Shown: positions 1-11,082, numbered from the stretch's first letter. The stretch is DNA of 64,000 nucleotides from an uncultured Clostridia bacterium (GCA_963558405.1 CAUWGC010000001.1:32001-96000), one strand, 5' to 3'. Numbers and translations: made by a program. Notes: a model not told the origin generated them from the letters alone.

Positions 1-2
1 AT

Positions 3-545
3 TCAAATTTTCCAATAGAAAAAATAGCTATAGCTCTAAATTCAAAATTAAAACATTCTATTAGAATAAAAGAAGCAGAAGAAGTAGAAGAATCTTTTCA
101 TTCAAGATATCATTGTAAAAAGAAGACATATCGTTATGTTATAAATAATTCTGAACATGGAAGTGCTATTTATAGAGGATTAGAGTACCATGTACCACAA
201 AAATTGGATATAGACAAAATGCAAGAAGCAATAAAACATTTTATAGGAGAACATGATTTTAGTGCTTTTAAAGCTAGTGGTACAAGTAGCAAAAGTAGTG
301 TGAGAACTATTTATGATGCTATAATAAAAAAAGATGGTGAGAGAATTTATATAGAACTTACTGGAAATGGATTTTTATATAATATGGTAAGAATAATAAC
401 AGGTACATTGTTAGAAGTTGGAATGGGGAAAAAAGAACCTTGTGATATAGAAAAAATAATAGAAAGTAAAAAAAGAGAAAACGCAGGAAAAACGGTACCT
501 GCTCAAGGCTTGTTTTTAGTAAATGTTGATTATGATAGGAACTAA
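3..545 (+). CDS. truA: tRNA pseudouridine(38-40) synthase TruA, 5' end outside the window
   Basis: Frame open from position 3 (FHSRYHCKKKTYRY); motifs GEHDFSAF, GNGFLYNMVRII, TVPAQGLFL. Confidence 0.95.
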   Translation, partial: SNFPIEKIAIALNSKLKHSIRIKEAEEVEESFHSRYHCKKKTYRYVINNSEHGSAIYRGLEYHVPQKLDIDKMQEAIKHFIGEHDFSAFKASGTSSKSSVRTIYDAIIKKDGERIYIELTGNGFLYNMVRIITGTLLEVGMGKKEPCDIEKIIESKKRENAGKTVPAQGLFLVNVDYDRN

Positions 546-599
546 ATTTCTATTTATTGCATAATATATAAGAAGCAATTAGAAAGGAAGATAAATAAT

Positions 600-893
600 A
601 TGATAGATGGAACTTATCAAATGCAGATACAAACGCCAATGGGATTTGTGCCTATTAATGTAACTTTAAAAACAAGTGGAAATAAACTTTCAGGTATTTT
701 AGAAGGAATGGGAATAAAAGAAAAGTTTGAAAATGGAATTGTGAGTGGAAATAGATTAAATTTTAAAGGGAATTTTAGTACTATGTTTGGAAAAATAGAA
801 TATGATGTAAATGGAGAAGTTCATGGAAATATACTTAAAGTAATTGCAAATACTAATAAAGGTAACTTTAAATTAGAAGGAAAAAGAAATTAA
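600..893 (+). CDS. Small hypothetical beta-rich protein
   Basis: 97-aa ORF with AAGGAAG RBS; MIDGTY..TPMG start typical of small clostridial hypotheticals. Confidence 0.75.
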   Translation: MIDGTYQMQIQTPMGFVPINVTLKTSGNKLSGILEGMGIKEKFENGIVSGNRLNFKGNFSTMFGKIEYDVNGEVHGNILKVIANTNKGNFKLEGKRN

Positions 894-959
894 TGGAAAA
901 GTTTTGGATGGTATTTCAAAAGAAAACTATAAAAAGCGAAAGAAGTTTCGCAAAAACTA

Positions 960-988
960 TTGCAAAATTTTAAACATTATGCTACAAT
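960..988 (+). promoter_or_regulatory. Sigma-A-type promoter
   Basis: TTGCAA-17 nt-TACAAT with extended -10 TG. Confidence 0.65.
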
Positions 989-994
989 ACAAAT

Positions 995-1133
995 GGAGTT
1001 AATTTTATTATTTTCATGTTCACCAATCAAACAGTTATTGGTGGGAATGAATTAAAGAGAAAAGGCATCGTGCTTGTCCAAAATCCTATAGTAATAAAAG
1101 CTTAGGATTAGGACAGCCGAGCCTATTTATTTT
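995..1133 (+). ncRNA. Putative structured non-coding RNA (two hairpins)
   Basis: Follows the promoter; CACCAAT/ATTGGTG hairpin at 1013-1051; long bulged stem AGGC-TCG-GC-TGTCC-AATCCTA / TAGGATT-GGACA-GC-CGA-GCCT at 1063-1124; T-rich tail. Confidence 0.5.
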
Positions 1134-1263
1134 GCTAAAATTCTTAAAATCAAAGTAAGTGATTTGTTAAATTTAAAATAAACAGAAAAAGAGTGTCCAT
1201 TATTTTAATTCTTCATATAATATACTAATAGTATAAATATACTATTAGTTAGGAGGAAATAAT

Positions 1264-1527
1264 ATGGAACCACAAGTAACAATATATACACCTTGTTGTA
1301 GAAAGGAAAGAAGATGTTGCGTTGATGTTATTATTTTTGTATTGTCAGTTTTATTAGCATTAACAATAGGTCTTATATTAGGTGCAATACCTGCAGTTGC
1401 AGCAATAATTGCAATGGCAATACCAGCATTAATAGTGCTTGCTATTATATTAACATTAGGAATAATTCTTCGTGCTGTTGAATTAAAATGTAATAAAAAT
1501 CATTGCAAAAGAAAAGAGTGCTGTTAA
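1264..1527 (+). CDS. Small Cys-rich two-TM protein, probably spore-associated
   Basis: AGGAGG RBS; CC motifs at both termini flank two hydrophobic helices; CATATAAT box upstream resembles a sporulation sigma -10. Confidence 0.75.
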   Translation: MEPQVTIYTPCCRKERRCCVDVIIFVLSVLLALTIGLILGAIPAVAAIIAMAIPALIVLAIILTLGIILRAVELKCNKNHCKRKECC

Positions 1528-1631
1528 AATAAAAGGTGGAAGAAATTCCGCCGTACATATAGATGTAAAAACTATTGAAAAAAATAAAATAATAATATAC
1601 AATAAAGAAAAAATGAAAGAAGGAAACAAAT

Positions 1632-2480
1632 ATGGCAGAGATTATTGATGGAAAACTATTAGCAAAAAAAATAAGAGATAATTTAAAAAAAGAAGTAGAA
1701 TTATTAAAAAAGCAAAACATTTATCCAAGATTAGCTGTTATTATGGTTGGAGGTAATCCAGCATCTAAAATATATGTTAAAAATAAAAGTAAAGCATGTG
1801 ATGAAATAGGAATAGAAGATGAAGAATATTTATTGGACCCAGATATTACAAATGAAAAATTATTAGGATTAATTGATAAATTAAATAATAAAAAAGATGT
1901 ACATGGAATTTTATTACAAAGTCCAATTCCAAAACATTTAGATATTGTAAAAGCATTTGAAAATATTGATGTAAATAAAGATGTTGACGGTTTTAATCCT
2001 ATAAATGTTGGAAAATTAAATATAGGACAAGATTGTTTTATCTCATGTACACCACATGGGGTTATACGTATGTTAGAAGAATATTCTATTCCAATAGAAG
2101 GAAAAGAAGCTGTAATTATAGGAAGAAGCAATATTGTGGGAAAACCATTAATACAATGTTTACTAGCAAAAAATGCAACAGTTACAGTATGTCATTCAAA
2201 AACACAAAATTTAAAAGAAATTTCAAAAAGAGCTGATATATTAATAGCTGCTTTGGGAAAAGCAAAATTTATAACAGAAGACATGGTAAAAGAAGGAGCA
2301 ACTGTTATTGATGTAGGAATTAATCGCACAGAAGAAGGAAAATTGGTTGGTGATGTTGATTTTGAAAATGTAAAAAATAAAGTATCATATATAACACCGG
2401 TTCCAGGAGGGGTGGGACCAATGACAATTGCAATGCTTATGGAAAACGTAGTAAAAGCAGCTAAAAAACAAATAAAATAA
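1632..2480 (+). CDS. folD: Methylenetetrahydrofolate dehydrogenase/cyclohydrolase
   Basis: KDVDGF, GRSNIVGKP, ITPVPGGVGPMT motifs. Confidence 0.98.
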   Translation: MAEIIDGKLLAKKIRDNLKKEVELLKKQNIYPRLAVIMVGGNPASKIYVKNKSKACDEIGIEDEEYLLDPDITNEKLLGLIDKLNNKKDVHGILLQSPIPKHLDIVKAFENIDVNKDVDGFNPINVGKLNIGQDCFISCTPHGVIRMLEEYSIPIEGKEAVIIGRSNIVGKPLIQCLLAKNATVTVCHSKTQNLKEISKRADILIAALGKAKFITEDMVKEGATVIDVGINRTEEGKLVGDVDFENVKNKVSYITPVPGGVGPMTIAMLMENVVKAAKKQIK

Positions 2481-2494
2481 TAAAATAAATATAA

Positions 2495-2525
2495 AAGGGA
2501 GCCTAAATTTATATAGGCTCTTTTT
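2495..2525 (+). terminator. Rho-independent terminator
   Basis: GAGCCTA/TAGGCTC stem followed by a T run. Confidence 0.7.
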
Positions 2526-2547
2526 GTATGTTAAAGGAGATAAAATA

Positions 2548-3432
2548 TTGGAAAATAAAAAATATTGGATATGGTTAAATAGAATAAATGGATTGGGAAT
2601 AAAAAAGAAACAAAAATTATTACAAAAATATCACAATCCACAAAATATATGGAATTTATCTTTAGAAGAATTAATAAATACAGAAGGAATAGAAGAAAGT
2701 TTGGCAAAAGAAATTACAAATGAATCATATAAAAAAGGATTAGAGGAAGAAATAGCAAAAATGGAACATGAAAAAATTTTTGTTATTTCCATATATGATG
2801 ATGTATATCCTAAAAAATTAAAAAAACTTTATGATCCACCTATATTGTTATATGCAAAAGGAAATATTGAATTATTAAAAAAAATTTCGATTGCTATAAT
2901 AGGTTGTAGAGAGTATAGTGAATATGGAAAAAATATGGCAATGTATTTTTCTTATCAATTAGCTAAAAAAGGAATAACTGTTATTAGTGGACTGGCAAAG
3001 GGAATTGATAGTTTTGCACATATGTCATCATTAAATACAAAAGGAAATACTATTGCAGTGGTAGGAAATGGATTAGATATTATATATCCTAAGGAAAATA
3101 TAAATTTACAAAATAAAATAATAAAACAAGGAGGATTAATATTGTCTGAATATCCATTAGGAGTAAAACCAGATAAGTATACATTTCCTGCAAGAAATCG
3201 TATTATTAGTGGATTAAGTGATGGAGTTTTAGTAATAGAAGCAAAAGAAAAAAGTGGCACATTAATTACAGTAGATTTTGCACTAGAACAAGGTAAAAAT
3301 GTGTTTTCAATTCCTGGAAACATTACTTCTAAAAATACAGTTGGGACTAATAGATTAATTAAAGAGGGAGCAAAATGTGTTATTGGAATAGAGGATATTT
3401 TGGAAGAATATAAAAATATTAAATTTTTATGA
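2548..3432 (+). CDS. dprA: DNA-processing protein DprA
   Basis: SGLAKGID, FPARNRIISGLS, SGTLIT motifs; TTG start after AAGGAG. Confidence 0.95.
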   Translation: MENKKYWIWLNRINGLGIKKKQKLLQKYHNPQNIWNLSLEELINTEGIEESLAKEITNESYKKGLEEEIAKMEHEKIFVISIYDDVYPKKLKKLYDPPILLYAKGNIELLKKISIAIIGCREYSEYGKNMAMYFSYQLAKKGITVISGLAKGIDSFAHMSSLNTKGNTIAVVGNGLDIIYPKENINLQNKIIKQGGLILSEYPLGVKPDKYTFPARNRIISGLSDGVLVIEAKEKSGTLITVDFALEQGKNVFSIPGNITSKNTVGTNRLIKEGAKCVIGIEDILEEYKNIKFL

Positions 3433-3501
3433 AAATACTTTAACTTTTCTAGAATATATAATATAATAGGAGCGTAGCTTTAGTTACAAGGAGGAAAGTA
3501 A

Positions 3502-6228
3502 ATGAGTAATCAAGATAAGAAAAACGAAGAAATAGAAAAGACAAAAAAATATGAAGTTGTAGATAAAAAAGCAAAAAAGAAAAAAAATACTAAAACTAAA
3601 ACAGGAAAGAAAAAGGGTAAAGCTAAAAAAGTAATTTTGATTATTATATTAGTATTATTTTTACTTGGTATTATTGCAGTTGGAATATTAGCAGGTATAA
3701 TATGGGGAAAAATTGGTGGAGATATTAATATTTCAAGAGAGCAATTACTAGTAAGAACACAAAATACTACTATTCTAGATAAAGATGGAAATGTTATTGC
3801 AACAGTTTCTGGAGATGAAAATAGAGAGTGGATTGACTTAGATCAAATGTCAAAATATCTGCCAAATGCGTTTATATCTATAGAAGATGAAAGATTTGAA
3901 AAACATCATGGAGTAGATATAAAAAGAACTTTTGGAGCAACTGTTAAGTTTATATTTAATGGTGGAGAATCTAGCTATGGTGGAAGTACTATAACACAAC
4001 AGCTTGTAAAATATATTACAACAGATAAAGACGACTCTGGTGTTAGCGGTGTTATTAGAAAAATAAAAGAAATGGCAAAAGCATATCAAATAGAAAATAT
4101 GATTTCTAAACAACAAATTTTGGAATTATATTTAAATGCTATTCCAATGGGTGGTTTTGGAAAAGAAATTTCTGGTGTGCAAATGGCTGCTAAATATTAT
4201 TTTGATAAAAATGCATCTGATTTAACTTTAGCTGAAAGTGCATATCTTGCAGGTATAAACCACGCACCAAATTTATATAATCCATTTGAAGAAGAAACAG
4301 AAGAAGAAAAAGCTGAAAAAACAGAAAAAATAAAAACTAGAACAAAAATAGTTTTAAATAAAATGAAAGAATTAGGAAGAATTGAAACAGAAGAAGAATA
4401 TAATAAAGCAGTAGAAGAACTAGAAAATGGACTAAATTTTAAAGAGGGAGTTGTAAGAACATTAGAAACAGAATTATCTTATCATACTGCAGCAGCAATA
4501 GATCAAATTACAGAACAATTAGCAGAAGAAAATGGATGGGATAAAAAATGGGCTAAAAAACAATTATATGGTGGAGGATATACTATATATACAACTCAAC
4601 AAACTTGGGTTCAAAGAATAATGGAAGAAGAATACAAGGATGATTATTATATTAAATCTGGTAAAACAAGTGCAAACAAAGATGGTCATACACAATCAGC
4701 AATGGTAATTATAGATAATTCCGACGGTTCTGTTTCTGCAGTAGTTGGAGGATTAGGAACAGATGCAAGTTCTATTGGAGTAAATAGAGCATTAAAACCA
4801 AGACAACCAGGTTCAGCAATTAAGCCAATAGCAGTTATTGTTCCAGGTTTAGTAAATGGAGTAATTACATCTTCAACTGTATATAACGATAATTTTACAA
4901 GATTTGCTAAAGGAACATATCCAGTAAAAAACTCTACAGGATATCTAGGATTAGATACAATTACACATGGAATTGAACGTTCTTCAAATGTTATGGCAAC
5001 AAAGGTTATGGTAGAATTAGGACCATTAGAATCAATTAAGTTTATGAGAAAATTAGGGGTTAGCACATTAATAACTGGTGAAGAAGCTGAAGATGGACAT
5101 AGTGATGAAGGACTATCAACAGCAATGGGAGGTTTAACAGTAGGAATTAGTCCATTGGAAATGGCAGCAGCTTATGCAGCTATTGCAAATAACGGAGTAT
5201 ACCGTACACCAACATTTTATAGTAAAGTTGTAGATAGCAATGGAAAAACTGTACTAGAACCAGAAAGAGAAGAAACAAGAGTATTTTCTGAACAAATTGC
5301 ATATGTAACGCAAGAAATATTAAAGACAGTTGTATATGGTTCTAGAGGAACTGCTACATATTGTAGTATATCAGGAATGGATACAGCAGCAAAAACAGGT
5401 ACAACAAGTGATGACTTTGATAGATGGGTTTGTGGTTTTACACCTTATTATTCAGCAGCAACTTGGTATGGATATGACTATAATGAAGAAGTAGTATGGA
5501 GTGGAACTAACCCAGCAGGACTTTTGTGGAGAAATGTTATGAGACCTGTACATAAAGATTTAGAATCAAAAAGATTTTCTAAACCAGATGGAATTGTAAC
5601 AGCTACTATTTGTAGAGATTCTGGAAAAGTAGCAACAGAAAGTTGTACTAGAAAAGAAACTGCATATTTTGTAAAAGGTACAGTTCCAGAAAAATGTGAT
5701 GGACATACAAAAGTAATGATATGTAAACAAACAGGAAAAATAGCAACAGAATTTTGTAAAGATACAGAAGAAAAAATATTCTTAGAAAAACCAGAAAAAG
5801 AAAGAACAAATTTATGGCAAACTGATTCAGGAAATTTATACAACAAAATAGAAGAAGTATGTAATGTTCATACAAAAGCAATGCCAAAAGTTATAAATGT
5901 AGTTGGATTAAAAGAAGATGAAGCTAAGAAAAAATTAACAGATTTAAAATTAAAAGTAGAAGTAAAATATAAAGAAGATAAGAAAAAAGATAATGGTACT
6001 GTATTATCACAAAGTATAGAAGCTGGAAAAGAAGTTGAAGAAGGAACAACAATAACAATAACAGTAAATAAAAAATCTTCTACAGGCGGAAATACAGAAA
6101 AACCTAATAATACAACAAATTCAACAGGAGGAAGTAATACAGAAAAACCAAGTAATAACACAACAGGAGGAACTAACACAGAAAAACCAAGTGGAAATAA
6201 AGTAACAGGGACAAATGTTACAAATTAA
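3502..6228 (+). CDS. Class A penicillin-binding protein (PBP1A) with C-terminal PASTA domain
   Basis: EDERF and GGSTITQQLVK transglycosylase motifs; SAIK, SSN, KTGT transpeptidase motifs; PASTA-like tail. Confidence 0.95.
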   Translation: MSNQDKKNEEIEKTKKYEVVDKKAKKKKNTKTKTGKKKGKAKKVILIIILVLFLLGIIAVGILAGIIWGKIGGDINISREQLLVRTQNTTILDKDGNVIATVSGDENREWIDLDQMSKYLPNAFISIEDERFEKHHGVDIKRTFGATVKFIFNGGESSYGGSTITQQLVKYITTDKDDSGVSGVIRKIKEMAKAYQIENMISKQQILELYLNAIPMGGFGKEISGVQMAAKYYFDKNASDLTLAESAYLAGINHAPNLYNPFEEETEEEKAEKTEKIKTRTKIVLNKMKELGRIETEEEYNKAVEELENGLNFKEGVVRTLETELSYHTAAAIDQITEQLAEENGWDKKWAKKQLYGGGYTIYTTQQTWVQRIMEEEYKDDYYIKSGKTSANKDGHTQSAMVIIDNSDGSVSAVVGGLGTDASSIGVNRALKPRQPGSAIKPIAVIVPGLVNGVITSSTVYNDNFTRFAKGTYPVKNSTGYLGLDTITHGIERSSNVMATKVMVELGPLESIKFMRKLGVSTLITGEEAEDGHSDEGLSTAMGGLTVGISPLEMAAAYAAIANNGVYRTPTFYSKVVDSNGKTVLEPEREETRVFSEQIAYVTQEILKTVVYGSRGTATYCSISGMDTAAKTGTTSDDFDRWVCGFTPYYSAATWYGYDYNEEVVWSGTNPAGLLWRNVMRPVHKDLESKRFSKPDGIVTATICRDSGKVATESCTRKETAYFVKGTVPEKCDGHTKVMICKQTGKIATEFCKDTEEKIFLEKPEKERTNLWQTDSGNLYNKIEEVCNVHTKAMPKVINVVGLKEDEAKKKLTDLKLKVEVKYKEDKKKDNGTVLSQSIEAGKEVEEGTTITITVNKKSSTGGNTEKPNNTTNSTGGSNTEKPSNNTTGGTNTEKPSGNKVTGTNVTN
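6085..6197 (+). repeat. Three imperfect GG(S/T)NTEKP coding repeats in the PBP tail
   Basis: GGNTEKPNNTT, GGSNTEKPSNNTT, GGTNTEKPSGN. Confidence 0.7.
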
Positions 6229-6290
6229 AAAATATTGCTCAGAACTAATAAAAAATAGTTCTGAGCAGTAAAAATAGAAAGAGGTAAGAT

Positions 6291-7685
6291 ATGATACAAT
6301 TTTATAATACTCTAACAAAACAAAAAGAAGAATTTAAGCCATTAGAAGGAAACCAAGTAAGAATGTATTCTTGTGGACCAACAGTATATAAAGATGCAAC
6401 TATAGGTAATATGAGAACTAATATTTTTATGGATACATTAAGAAGAACATTAAAATATAATGGATATACATTAAAACATGTAATGAATATAACAGATGTA
6501 GGACACCTTGTTTCAGACGGAGATGAGGGAGAAGACAAAATGATAAAATCTGCAAGAGAAGAAAAGAAAACACCATTAGAAATAGCAGAACACTATACAA
6601 AGCTATTTTTTAGAGATTTAGAAAGATTAAATGTAGATTTACCAGAAATTATAGCAAAAGCTACAGATAATATTTCTGAGATGATAGAATTTGTAAAAAA
6701 ATTAGTGGACAATGGATATGCTTACGAAACATCTACAGCAATTTATTTCGACGTATCAAAATTAGATAAATATGGGATTTTATCTGGAATAGATTTAAGA
6801 AATCAAAAAGCAGGAGCAAGAGTTGAAGTAGACGAAGAAAAAAGAAATCCATATGATTTTGCATTATGGATAAAAGCACCAGAAAATCATTTAATGAAAT
6901 GGGATAGCCCATGGGGATTATCTTATCCTGGATGGCACATTGAATGTTCTACAATGAGTCAAAAATTCTTAGGAGAAGTATTTGATATACATACAGGAGG
7001 AGTTGATTTAATACCAACTCATCATGAAAATGAAATTGCACAAAGCAAAGGTGCATGTGGAAAAATACCTGCTAAATTTTGGATGCATGGAGAATTTTTA
7101 TTAATCAATGGTGGAAAAATGTCTAAGAGCTTAGGAAATGTATACCTAATGGATGATATTATAAACAAAGGATATGACCCACTTGTATATAAAGTTTTCT
7201 GCTTTACTTCTCATTATCGTAATAAACTAAACTTTACATGGGAAGGAATGGATGCAGCTGCAACTAGCTTAGCTAGATTAAGAGAAGGATATTTAAAACA
7301 TATTGATGGAACAGAATCAATAGAAAAAGAAAAAATACAAGAATTTAAACAAAAATTTTTAGAAGCAATTAATGATGATTTAAATATGCCTTTAGCAATG
7401 AGCGTTGTATGGGATGTTGTAAAACAAAGTCAAAAATCAAAACAATATGCAGAACTTTTATTAGATTTTGATAAAGTATTAGGTTTACGTTTAAATGAAA
7501 CAAAAAAACAAGAACAAGAAAAATTAGAATTACCAAAAGAAATTGAAGAATTAATAAATAAAAGAAAAGAAGCAAGAGAACAAAAAGACTGGGCATTATC
7601 TGATAAGATAAGAGATGAATTAAAAGAAAAAGGATATCTAATAAAAGATAGCAAAGAAGGAATGCAAGTAGAGAAAATTAATTAA
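6291..7685 (+). CDS. cysS: Cysteine--tRNA ligase
   Basis: CGPTVY, PGWHIEC, HHENE, KMSKSLGN motifs. Confidence 0.98.
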   Translation: MIQFYNTLTKQKEEFKPLEGNQVRMYSCGPTVYKDATIGNMRTNIFMDTLRRTLKYNGYTLKHVMNITDVGHLVSDGDEGEDKMIKSAREEKKTPLEIAEHYTKLFFRDLERLNVDLPEIIAKATDNISEMIEFVKKLVDNGYAYETSTAIYFDVSKLDKYGILSGIDLRNQKAGARVEVDEEKRNPYDFALWIKAPENHLMKWDSPWGLSYPGWHIECSTMSQKFLGEVFDIHTGGVDLIPTHHENEIAQSKGACGKIPAKFWMHGEFLLINGGKMSKSLGNVYLMDDIINKGYDPLVYKVFCFTSHYRNKLNFTWEGMDAAATSLARLREGYLKHIDGTESIEKEKIQEFKQKFLEAINDDLNMPLAMSVVWDVVKQSQKSKQYAELLLDFDKVLGLRLNETKKQEQEKLELPKEIEELINKRKEAREQKDWALSDKIRDELKEKGYLIKDSKEGMQVEKIN

Positions 7686-7698
7686 ATAGATATTTCTA

Positions 7699-7727
7699 AA
7701 AAGTAGGAAACCATTTCCTACTTTTTT
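7699..7727 (+). terminator. Rho-independent terminator
   Basis: AAGTAGGAAA/TTTCCTACTT stem plus T run. Confidence 0.75.
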
Positions 7728-7811
7728 CTTAATTTACTTGTAAAAATATTATAGTTAGTGTAAAATATGGAAATGAAGGATATAATATAATAAAAAGGCG
7801 AAGGTGAAGAA

Positions 7812-8858
7812 ATGAGATTTGTAGATGAAAAAAGTAAAGAAGAGTATAAAAAATTTTTAGAAGGGCATGAGAGATGCAATTTTCAGCAATCTTTAGAGTG
7901 GGGAAAAGTAAAGGATAGTTGGACAAATGAGGTTGTTTTAGCAGAAGATGAAAATGGAAATATTATAGGGTCTTTAAGTGTTTTAATTCGTAAAATACCT
8001 ATTTTTGGTAACTTAATGTATTCTTCTAGAGGACCGGTATGTGATATTCATGATGAAAAAGTATTAAAACAATTAACAGATGGAGTAAAAGAACTTGCTA
8101 AAAAATATCATGCATTTGTTTTAAAAATAGAACCAGATATTAAAAGTGATGATAAAGAATTTAGAGAAATTGTTACAAAGTTAGGATATAAAATAAAAGA
8201 CGATGCTAAAGATTTTAGTGAAGAAATTCAACCAAGATATGTATTCCGTTTAGATATAAAAGGAAAAACAGAAGATGAGATTTTTGCAGGATTTCATCAA
8301 AAAACCAGATATAATATTCGTTTAGCAACAAAAAAAGGTGTAACAGTAAAAGAAGGAACAAAAGAAGATTTAAAAGATTTTCATAAAATTATGGTAGAAA
8401 CAGGTTCAAGAGATGGTTTTATTATACGTTCACTAGAGTATTTTGAAAAAATGTACGATGAACTAGCACCAGAACATATGAAGCTATTAATGGCATATTA
8501 TGAAGGAAAGCCTATTTCTGGAGTTATTCCAATTATGTATGGTAATAAAACATGGTACCTTTATGGAGCAAGTAGCAATGAATATCGCAATGTTATGCCA
8601 AACTACCTACTACAATGGGAAATGATTAAATTAGCAATTTCAAGAGGAGATGATATCTACGACTTAAGAGGAGTATCTGGAGTAGTAGATGAATCACATC
8701 CACAATATGGTTTATATAGATTTAAAAAGGGATTTGGAGCAGAGTTTACAGAATTTTTAGGAGAAATTTACATTCCTTTCAAACCAATGTGGTACAAACT
8801 ATATAAAATAGCAGAAAAAACATTTCGTAAATTAAGAGCATTAAAAAGAGGAGTATAA
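7812..8858 (+). CDS. FemAB/FemX/MurM-family peptidoglycan bridge aminoacyltransferase
   Basis: [36 protein letters not shown] motifs. Confidence 0.93.
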   Translation: MRFVDEKSKEEYKKFLEGHERCNFQQSLEWGKVKDSWTNEVVLAEDENGNIIGSLSVLIRKIPIFGNLMYSSRGPVCDIHDEKVLKQLTDGVKELAKKYHAFVLKIEPDIKSDDKEFREIVTKLGYKIKDDAKDFSEEIQPRYVFRLDIKGKTEDEIFAGFHQKTRYNIRLATKKGVTVKEGTKEDLKDFHKIMVETGSRDGFIIRSLEYFEKMYDELAPEHMKLLMAYYEGKPISGVIPIMYGNKTWYLYGASSNEYRNVMPNYLLQWEMIKLAISRGDDIYDLRGVSGVVDESHPQYGLYRFKKGFGAEFTEFLGEIYIPFKPMWYKLYKIAEKTFRKLRALKRGV

Positions 8859-9982
8859 TGAAAAGTTTAATTGTTCAAAGAAAAGATTTAAAACATAATA
8901 TAAGTGTTATAAAAAAAATAGCTAAAAAAAGTAATTTACCAGATGATGAAGGAAATAGAACAAAAATTATAGGGGTAGTAAAAGGAAATGGATATGGACT
9001 AGGATTAGTAGAATTTTCTAATTTCCTTATTGATAATGGAATTGATTTTTTAGCTGTTTCTACAGTAGAAGAAGCAATAAAACTAAGAGAATCTGGAATA
9101 AAATGTGATATTTTAATGTTAGGCTCTACTGGAATACAAAAAGAAATAGAACTATTATTAGAAAATAAAATTATCCTTTCCATAGGTTCTAGTAAGACTG
9201 GTGAAATGGTAAATAATATAGCAAAAAGTAAAAATATAACAGCTAGAGTTCATATAAAAATAGATACAGGAATGGGAAGATATGGATTTATTTCAGAAGA
9301 TATAGAAAATATAGTAGAAACAATAAAAAAATTTACCAATATAAAAATAGAAGGAACTTTTACACATTTTTCACTTGCTTTTTATAATAAAGATGAATGG
9401 ACTTTAAAGCAATTTGATAGATTTTTAAATGTAATAGAAAATCTAAAATTAAATAATATAGAACCAGGAATGTTACATGTATGTAATTCTTCTGCATTTT
9501 TAAAATTTAAAAATATGCATTTAAATGCAGTAAGAATTGGTTCAGCATTTTTGGGTAGAATTTGTATTCCAAATGTATATGGACTTAAAAAAATAGGAAT
9601 ATTAAAAAGTAATGTTGCAGAAATAAAAGATTTACCTAAGGGATGGAATATAGGTTATTCTAATATTTATAAAACTAAAAAAATAACACAAATTGCAGTA
9701 GTTCCATTAGGACATTATGATGGATTTAACGTAGAAGTAGCAAACGACATGTTTAGAAATGTAGACAAGCTAAGAGAATTAAAACATTCAATTTTATCTT
9801 TAAGAAAGAAAAAAAGATTATATGCTAAAATAGGTGAAAAAAAATATGAAATATTGGGACGTGTTGGAATGTATCATATGTGTCTAGATATTACTGGAAG
9901 TGATGTAAAAATTGGAGATGAAGTTATTGTAGATGTTGATACAATGCAGGTAGATAGTAGCATTAGAAGGGAGTATAGATAA
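8858..9982 (+). CDS. alr: Alanine racemase family PLP enzyme
   Basis: [10 protein letters not shown] (PLP lysine), [16 protein letters not shown]; start overlaps the upstream stop. Confidence 0.85.
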   Translation: MKSLIVQRKDLKHNISVIKKIAKKSNLPDDEGNRTKIIGVVKGNGYGLGLVEFSNFLIDNGIDFLAVSTVEEAIKLRESGIKCDILMLGSTGIQKEIELLLENKIILSIGSSKTGEMVNNIAKSKNITARVHIKIDTGMGRYGFISEDIENIVETIKKFTNIKIEGTFTHFSLAFYNKDEWTLKQFDRFLNVIENLKLNNIEPGMLHVCNSSAFLKFKNMHLNAVRIGSAFLGRICIPNVYGLKKIGILKSNVAEIKDLPKGWNIGYSNIYKTKKITQIAVVPLGHYDGFNVEVANDMFRNVDKLRELKHSILSLRKKKRLYAKIGEKKYEILGRVGMYHMCLDITGSDVKIGDEVIVDVDTMQVDSSIRREYR

Positions 9983-9984
9983 TA

Positions 9985-11082
9985 GTGGAACAAGAAAATA
10001 AAAGTAAAGTAGATATTAGCGGTATAGACCCTAATATGCAAAACAAAGAAAAAAAACTTTCATTTTTTAAAAGAGTTTTAATAAGTATAAAAGACTTTGA
10101 CAAATATCAAATTTTTGCTTTAGAAAGTTTTGGAAAAAGCTTAAAATACTTAATACAATTAATGCTTATTTTTACTATTGTTATAACTGCTGGTCTTACT
10201 TATAAATTTTCTGATATTCTTCAAAATGGAATAAATTATTTTAAAGAAGAAATACCTGATCTAAGTTTTGAAAATAGCACTTTAAAAGTAGAACAAAATG
10301 AACCTATTGTTATTAACGAACTACAAAATTTTCCGGGTATAATTATTATAGATACTGTTTCTAATGAAGAAAATATAAATAAAGAAATAGAAAAATTAGG
10401 AACATATCAAAATGGAATTTTATTTTTAAAGGATAAAGTGCTATTAAAAAATTCAATGACAAAACTTGTTGGAACATACATGTATACTGATTTAGTAGAA
10501 CAGTATGGATTAAACTCAAGTTTTTCAAAGCAAGATATTTTAAACTATTTATCTAGTGTTAATTATATGAATGTGTATGGTATATTCTTTAGTGTTACAT
10601 TTGTATATATGTTTATACTATATTTTACATCTGTTTTAATTGATGCAATAATGCTTGCTGCACTAGGATATATAACATCATATATTAGCCATGTAAGATT
10701 CAAATTTAAGCCAGTATTAAACATGGCAATTCATGCTTTAACATTATCAATAATATTAAATATTGGATATATAGTAGTAAATATGTTTACAGGATTTGAA
10801 ATAAAATATTTCCAAATTATGTACACAACAATTTCATATATATACATGGTTACAGCTATTTTAATGATTAAATCAGACATAATAAAACAACAAATGGAAT
10901 TAAATGCACTAAAAGCAGAACAACAAAGAATAAGAGAAGAATTAGAAGCAGAAGAACAAAGAAAGAGATTAGAAAAAGAGGAACAAGAAAGAAGAAAAAG
11001 AAGAGAAGAAAAGAAAAAACAAAAGGAAAAAGAAAAGGAAGAACAAGAAGATAAACCAGAATTAAATCCGAGTGGGAATTAA
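9985..11082 (+). CDS. DUF1189-like membrane protein
   Basis: N-terminal TM, soluble domain, several C-terminal TMs, charged coiled tail. Confidence 0.7.
   Translation: MEQENKSKVDISGIDPNMQNKEKKLSFFKRVLISIKDFDKYQIFALESFGKSLKYLIQLMLIFTIVITAGLTYKFSDILQNGINYFKEEIPDLSFENSTLKVEQNEPIVINELQNFPGIIIIDTVSNEENINKEIEKLGTYQNGILFLKDKVLLKNSMTKLVGTYMYTDLVEQYGLNSSFSKQDILNYLSSVNYMNVYGIFFSVTFVYMFILYFTSVLIDAIMLAALGYITSYISHVRFKFKPVLNMAIHALTLSIILNIGYIVVNMFTGFEIKYFQIMYTTISYIYMVTAILMIKSDIIKQQMELNALKAEQQRIREELEAEEQRKRLEKEEQERRKRREEKKKQKEKEKEEQEDKPELNPSGN

Noticed and set aside
531-545. AGG near the ends of truA and alr as possible shift sites
   Set aside because: Both proteins end at expected positions, and AGG is read in frame mid-gene in ftsH (12841) and mutL (16127).
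995-1133. THF riboswitch for folD
   Set aside because: It lacks recognisable THF aptamer motifs, and another gene lies between it and folD.
6228-6290. T-box leader before cysS
   Set aside because: The gap is only about 60 bp with a single hairpin (TGCTCAGAACTA/TAGTTCTGAGCA) and no T-box consensus.
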